The notes under the pieces: model-generated | Databases searched by the model: none | What the model was told of the DNA's origin: nothing | Seen by the model: the letters and a program-made list of their open reading frames with translations, nothing else | Position numbers and translations under genes: made by a program | Shown here: one piece after another, positions 59,584 through 64,000 of the stretch | Position numbering within the stretch: position 1 is the first letter of the stretch | Layout: each line of letters starts with the position of its first letter | Assembly: GCA_002269645.1 (NCBI GenBank) | Contig: NIVC01000257.1 | Location: 434,001-498,000, forward strand | Origin: Macrostomum lignano | Lineage: Eukaryota | Direction: 5' to 3' | Length of the DNA: 64,000 nucleotides

Positions 59584-60663
59584 ATGGCCCCCATCAACTG
59601 TCCAATTTGTCGCGAGCAGCTGGACGGCGAGAGCGAGTGCTCCGCACTGACCAGCTGCGGCCACGTGTTCCACGCCAGCTGCGTGTCAGACTGGCTGGCC
59701 GCCAGCCAGCAGAAGATCTGCCCGGCCTGCAGGGCTCAGTCGCGCGGCCGTCCTCTGCGGCTGTTCTTCTCGGCCGATGAGGGGCTGCCCTCCCTGCCTG
59801 ACCAGCAGCAGCAGCAGCAACAGCAGTCAACGTTGGAGCAGCAGGAGCTGATGCTCATCCAAGAGGAAGAACGAGAAGCCGAACTGCATCAAGTGATGCA
59901 GCTATTGCACATGGAACAGGTGAGAGAAACATTAAACAGTAAAAGCTTTGAGGAAGCATCTAAAGCAGCAGCAAAAGCAGCTGAAGCAGCAGCGAAAGCA
60001 GCTGAAGCAGCAAAAATAGCAGCAGAAGCAACAGCGAAAGCAGCTGAAGCAGCAACAATAGCAGCAGAAGCAGCAGCGAAAGCAGCTGAAGCAGCAACAA
60101 TAGCAGCAGAAGCAGCAGCGAAAGCAGCTGAAGCAGCAACAATAGCAGCAGAAGCAGCCGCGAAAGCAGCTGAAGCAGCAACAATAGCAGCAGAAGCAGC
60201 AACAATGGCAGCAGCGGAAGCATTAGAGTATTGCCTAAAAATTTCCTGAGACCGATACTTTTATAATTAACTGAATCAGTGGTTTTTTGCTACTAACAGT
60301 AGTACATGCAAATATTCCACCGCTTCCTCTTGTCAGGAGCAGCGCCGTTTAGCTGAGCGCCAGTCGCGCGATGCGGAATGGCGCGCAACAGATGCGTCGC
60401 GCCAGCTGACCGAAGCCAATCGGCGCTGCGACAACTTCAAGGAGAGGCTGGAGGAGGCCGAGAAGGAGCTGGCCGCGGCTTGGCGACGCGTCTCCGAGCT
60501 GGAGGCTGCGGCGAGGAAGACGGCCGCGTCGCTGTCATCTCGGCAGGAGGTGGGCAGCGAGGAGAAGCTGCGCAGCGACCTGGCAAATCAGCAGGAGCAG
60601 AACCGGCTGCTGGCTATGGAGCTGGATCTGGTGTCCCGGACTCTGGCGCTGCAGTCTGGCTGA
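59584..60663 (+). CDS. TRAIP-like RING-H2 plus coiled-coil protein, gene 1. Exons 59584-59919 and 60337-60663 (about 220 aa)
   Basis: [50 protein letters not shown] matches the TRAIP-type RING-H2 layout. Donor CAG|GTGAGA and acceptor TGTCAG| are both phase 0; exon 2 encodes a coiled coil ([24 protein letters not shown]..). Confidence 0.75.
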
Positions 60664-60689
60664 GTGCTCATTCTGATTCCACTCCATAA

Positions 60690-61797
60690 GCCCTAATCCT
60701 TATGAGAATCGGTCCTAATCCTCATGAGAATCATCCCTAATCCTTATGAGAATCGGCCCTAATCCTTATGAGAATCATCCCTAATCCTCACGAGAATCAT
60801 CCCTAATCCTTATGAGAATCATCCCTAATCCTTATGAGAATCATCCCTAATCCTTATGAGAATCGGCCCTAATCCTTATGAGAATCATCCCTAATCCTCA
60901 CGAGAATCATCCCTAATCCTTATAAGAATCAGCCCTAATCCTTATGAGAATCAGCCCTAATCCTTATAAGAATCATCCCTAATCCTTATGAGAATCAGCC
61001 CTAATCCTTATGAGAATCAGCCCTAATCCTTATAAGAATCATCCCTAATCCTTATGAGAATCAGCCCTAATCCTTATGAGAATCATCCCTAATCCTTATG
61101 AGAATCATCCCTAATCCTTATGAGAATCAGCCCTAATCCTTATGAGAATCAGCCCTAATCCTTATAAGAATCATCCCTAATCCTTATGAGAATCAGCCCT
61201 AATCCTCACGAGAATCATCCCTAATCCTTATGAGAATCATCCCTAATCCTTATGAGAATCGGCCCTAATCCTTATGAGAATCATCCCTAATCCTCACGAG
61301 AATCATCCCTAATCCTTATAAGAATCAGCCCTAATCCTTATGAGAATCAGCCCTAATCCTTATAAGAATCATCCCTAATCCTTATGAGAATCAGCCCTAA
61401 TCCTTATGAGAATCAGCCCTAATCCTTATGAGAATCAGCCCTAATCCTTATAAGAATCATCCCTAATCCTTATGAGAATCAGCCCTAATCCTTATGAGAA
61501 TCAGCCCTAATCCTTATAAGAATCATCCCTAATCCTTATGAGAATCAGCCCTAATCCTTATGAGAATCATCCCTAATCCTTATGAGAATCATCCCTAATC
61601 CTTATGAGAATCAGCCCTAATCCTTATGAGAATCAGCCCTAATCCTTATAAGAATCATCCCTAATCCTTATGAGAATCAGCCCTAATCCTTATGAGAATC
61701 AGCCCTAATCCTTATGAGAATCATCCCTAATCCTTATGAGAATCAGCCCTAATCCTTATGAGAATCATCCCTAATCCTCACGAGAATCAGTCCTAAT
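60690..61797. repeat. 22-bp minisatellite (CCCTAATCCTTATGAGAATCAK)
   Basis: About 1.1 kb of tandem units. Confidence 0.95.
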
Positions 61798-62322
61798 CTT
61801 TATCTATACTAATACAATGTAAAGAGGCGCCATGGAAACTCAAAATGTTAACCGATTCATACTGTGTTAATGCCAAATATTTATGCCGTGTACAGATGAG
61901 TGAGAAACGCGAACAATTAAAATATTTTTCTTCAATAGTACAAAGCCAGATATGCGGTGATCTTCTTTTTGGCTTTCAAAATTTGCTTAAACTGTTTCGC
62001 CATGAAAGTTTACTCGAATGGAGATGAATTTTACATTTTCACGCTTAGGTTCTTAAAGAATTAACCAGATGATACTCGAACTTCTGTTGCCAAGCTGTTC
62101 TATACTTTTCGATTTGTTGGATTGTTTCTAGAGATGATATGCGTGTACAAACAAACCAAAACAGCTTTTATAATCTATGCCAATGCGATTTTCTGCTATT
62201 TTAATTCGGTTTAACAATAAGTCCGCTTCAATGTATTGATTTCGTATTTCAACTGCAAATTATCGATCAGTGTTGTTTTATTTTTGTTTAAATTTTACTG
62301 CAAATTTCAGCTGGTGGGCTGA

Positions 62323-63092
62323 CCAGATCCTCAGTTGCTGCGCCAGCCTCCCAGATCCTCAGTTGCTGCGCCAGCCTCCCAGATCCTCAGTTGCTGGATC
62401 AGCCTCCCAGATCCTCAGTTGCTGGATCAGCCTCCCAGATCCTCAGTTGCTGGGCCAGCCTTCCTGATCCCCAATTGCTGGGCCAGCCTTCCTGATCCCC
62501 AGTTGCTGGATCAGCCTCCCAGATCCTCAGTTGCTGGGCCAGCCTCCCAGATCCTCAGTTGCTGCGCCAGCCTCCCAGATCCTCAGTTGCTGGGCCAGCC
62601 TCCCAGATCCTCAGTTGCTGGGCCAGCCTCCCAGATCCTCAGTTGCTGGGCCAGCCTCCCAGATCCTCAGTTGCTGGATCAGCCTCCCAGATCCTCAGTT
62701 GCTGGATCAGCCTCCCAGAGTGTCAGTTGCTGGGCCAGCCTTCCTGATCCCCAATTGCTGGGCCAGCCTTCCTGATCCCCAGTTGCTGGATCAGCTTCCC
62801 AGATCCTCAGTTGCTGGGCCAGCCTCCCAGATCCTCAGTTGCTGGGCCAGCCTTCCTGATCCCTAATTGCTGGGCCAGCCTTCCTGATCCCCAGTTGCTG
62901 GATCAGCCTCCCAGATCCTCAGTTGCTGCGCCAGCCTCCCAGATCCTCAGTTGCTGGATCAGCCTCCCAGATCCTCAGTTGCTGGGCCAGCCTCCCAGAT
63001 CCTCAGTTGCTGGGCCAGCCTCCCAGATCCTCAGTTGCTGGATCAGCCTCCCAGATCCTCAGTTGCTGGGCCAGCCTCCCAGATCCTCAGCA
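62323..63092. repeat. 28-bp minisatellite, same family as 6105-6575
   Basis: CAGATCCTCAGTTGCTGGGCCAGCCTCC units. Confidence 0.95.
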
Positions 63093-63175
63093 CTTGCTCG
63101 GGCTGGCAGAACTGATCCAGTGCCCCAACAATCACCCGTTTATTCTCTCAGCTCACCGCGCCGCCCCAACACTTC

Positions 63176-63469
63176 ATGGCGCCCATTACCTGCCTGATCT
63201 GCCAGGGCGGCCTCAATGGCGACAGCATCTGCTCCGCTATGCCCGCCTGCGGCCACGTCTTCCACCGGACCTGCCTGGCCGCCTGGCTATCCTGCCGGGC
63301 CCGCCCAGCCATCTGTCCAGCCTGCAGGACGCCCGCCCCGTCACCCCCGCTCCGGTTGTACTTTTCAGCCGCCGGGGATGATGAGCAGAGCGACGGAGGC
63401 GAGGATGAGACGGCCGAGAGGAGCGCGCGAGAGCAGAGGGATCGTCGGGCTTCTGAGCAGCTAACGCGG
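63176..63469 (+). CDS. TRAIP-like RING-H2 protein, gene 2, first coding exon; probably spliced at 63470, otherwise ends at TGA 63496
   Basis: MAPITCLICQGGLNGDSICSAMPACGHVFHRTCLAAWLSCRARPAICPACR..LRLYF, paralogous to gene 1 (MAPINCPIC); acceptor TCTCAG ends at 63151; possible donor CGG|GTTGGA. Confidence 0.7.
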
Positions 63470-63560
63470 GTTGGAGTTCCACTTCTAATTATTTGATATC
63501 GATAATTAGCGGCTAAATTTAAGGGCCTTAGGCCCGGATGCTGGGATGCCAAGACTCAAT

Positions 63561-63920
63561 TGGGGAATGCTGAGGTGCCAAAGATCAGTTGGGGAATGCT
63601 GAGGTGCCAAAGATCAGTTGGGGAATGCTGAGGTGCCAAAGATCAGTTGGGGAATGCTGAGGTGCCAAAGATCAGTTGGGGAATGCTGAGGTGCCAAAGA
63701 TCAGTTGGGGAATGCTGAGGTGCCAAAGATCAGTTGGGGAATGCTGAGGTGCCAAAGATCAATTGGGGATTGCTGAGGTGCCAAAGATCAGTTGGGGAAT
63801 GCTGAGGTGCCAAAGATCGATTGGGGAATGCTGAGGTGCCAACGATCAATTGGGGAATGTTGAGGTGCCAAAGATCAATTGGGGAATGCTGAGGTGCCAA
63901 TCTTAATGGGGGAATGCTGG
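63561..63920. repeat. 29-bp minisatellite (GGGGAATGCTGAGGTGCCAAAGATCAGTT)
   Basis: Tandem units with period 29. Confidence 0.95.
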
Positions 63921-64000
63921 GAGCGACTCAGCTGCCACAAGAAACAGGCCATTTATTCGTTAAAATTTTAACAAAACTTTTGTAGCAATAAATTTAGCTT

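Noticed and set aside
61803-62310. Helitron-like 5' start (A|TCTATACTAATAC), with a similar TCTATCTATTTGTCTGTC near 17692
   Set aside because: No matching hairpin plus CTRR 3' end or empty site could be identified.

Overview
Eukaryotic (animal) genomic DNA with GC-rich spliced exons, GT-AG introns often filled with minisatellites, and TTAGGG-type repeats. The style resembles a free-living flatworm such as Macrostomum, but that is inference only. All intact genes are on the + strand. In order: mitochondrial aldehyde dehydrogenase (5 exons), RINT1/TIP20 (7 coding exons seen, start unresolved), a 9-kb transposon-rich gap containing a strongly CpG-depleted, C-to-T-mutated island (~17.5-22.1 kb), and a tandem cluster of intronless RING + degenerate B-box + coiled-coil + NHL-like (TRIM-like) genes (3 intact, 2 frameshifted, 1 3' fragment). 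The cluster is interrupted by a hAT-type MITE, a 7.2-kb tandem Helitron-like insertion and a solo LTR. After it come a METTL21/23-family methyltransferase, a tRNA-derived SINE, DDX27/DRS1 helicase and two TRAIP-like RING-H2 genes. The most notable observations are the mosaic, domain-shuffled TRIM-like cluster, the localized hypermutation island, and a DDX27 intron built from tandem copies of its own 3' splice junction. All coordinates, counts and homology calls were made by eye without database searches.
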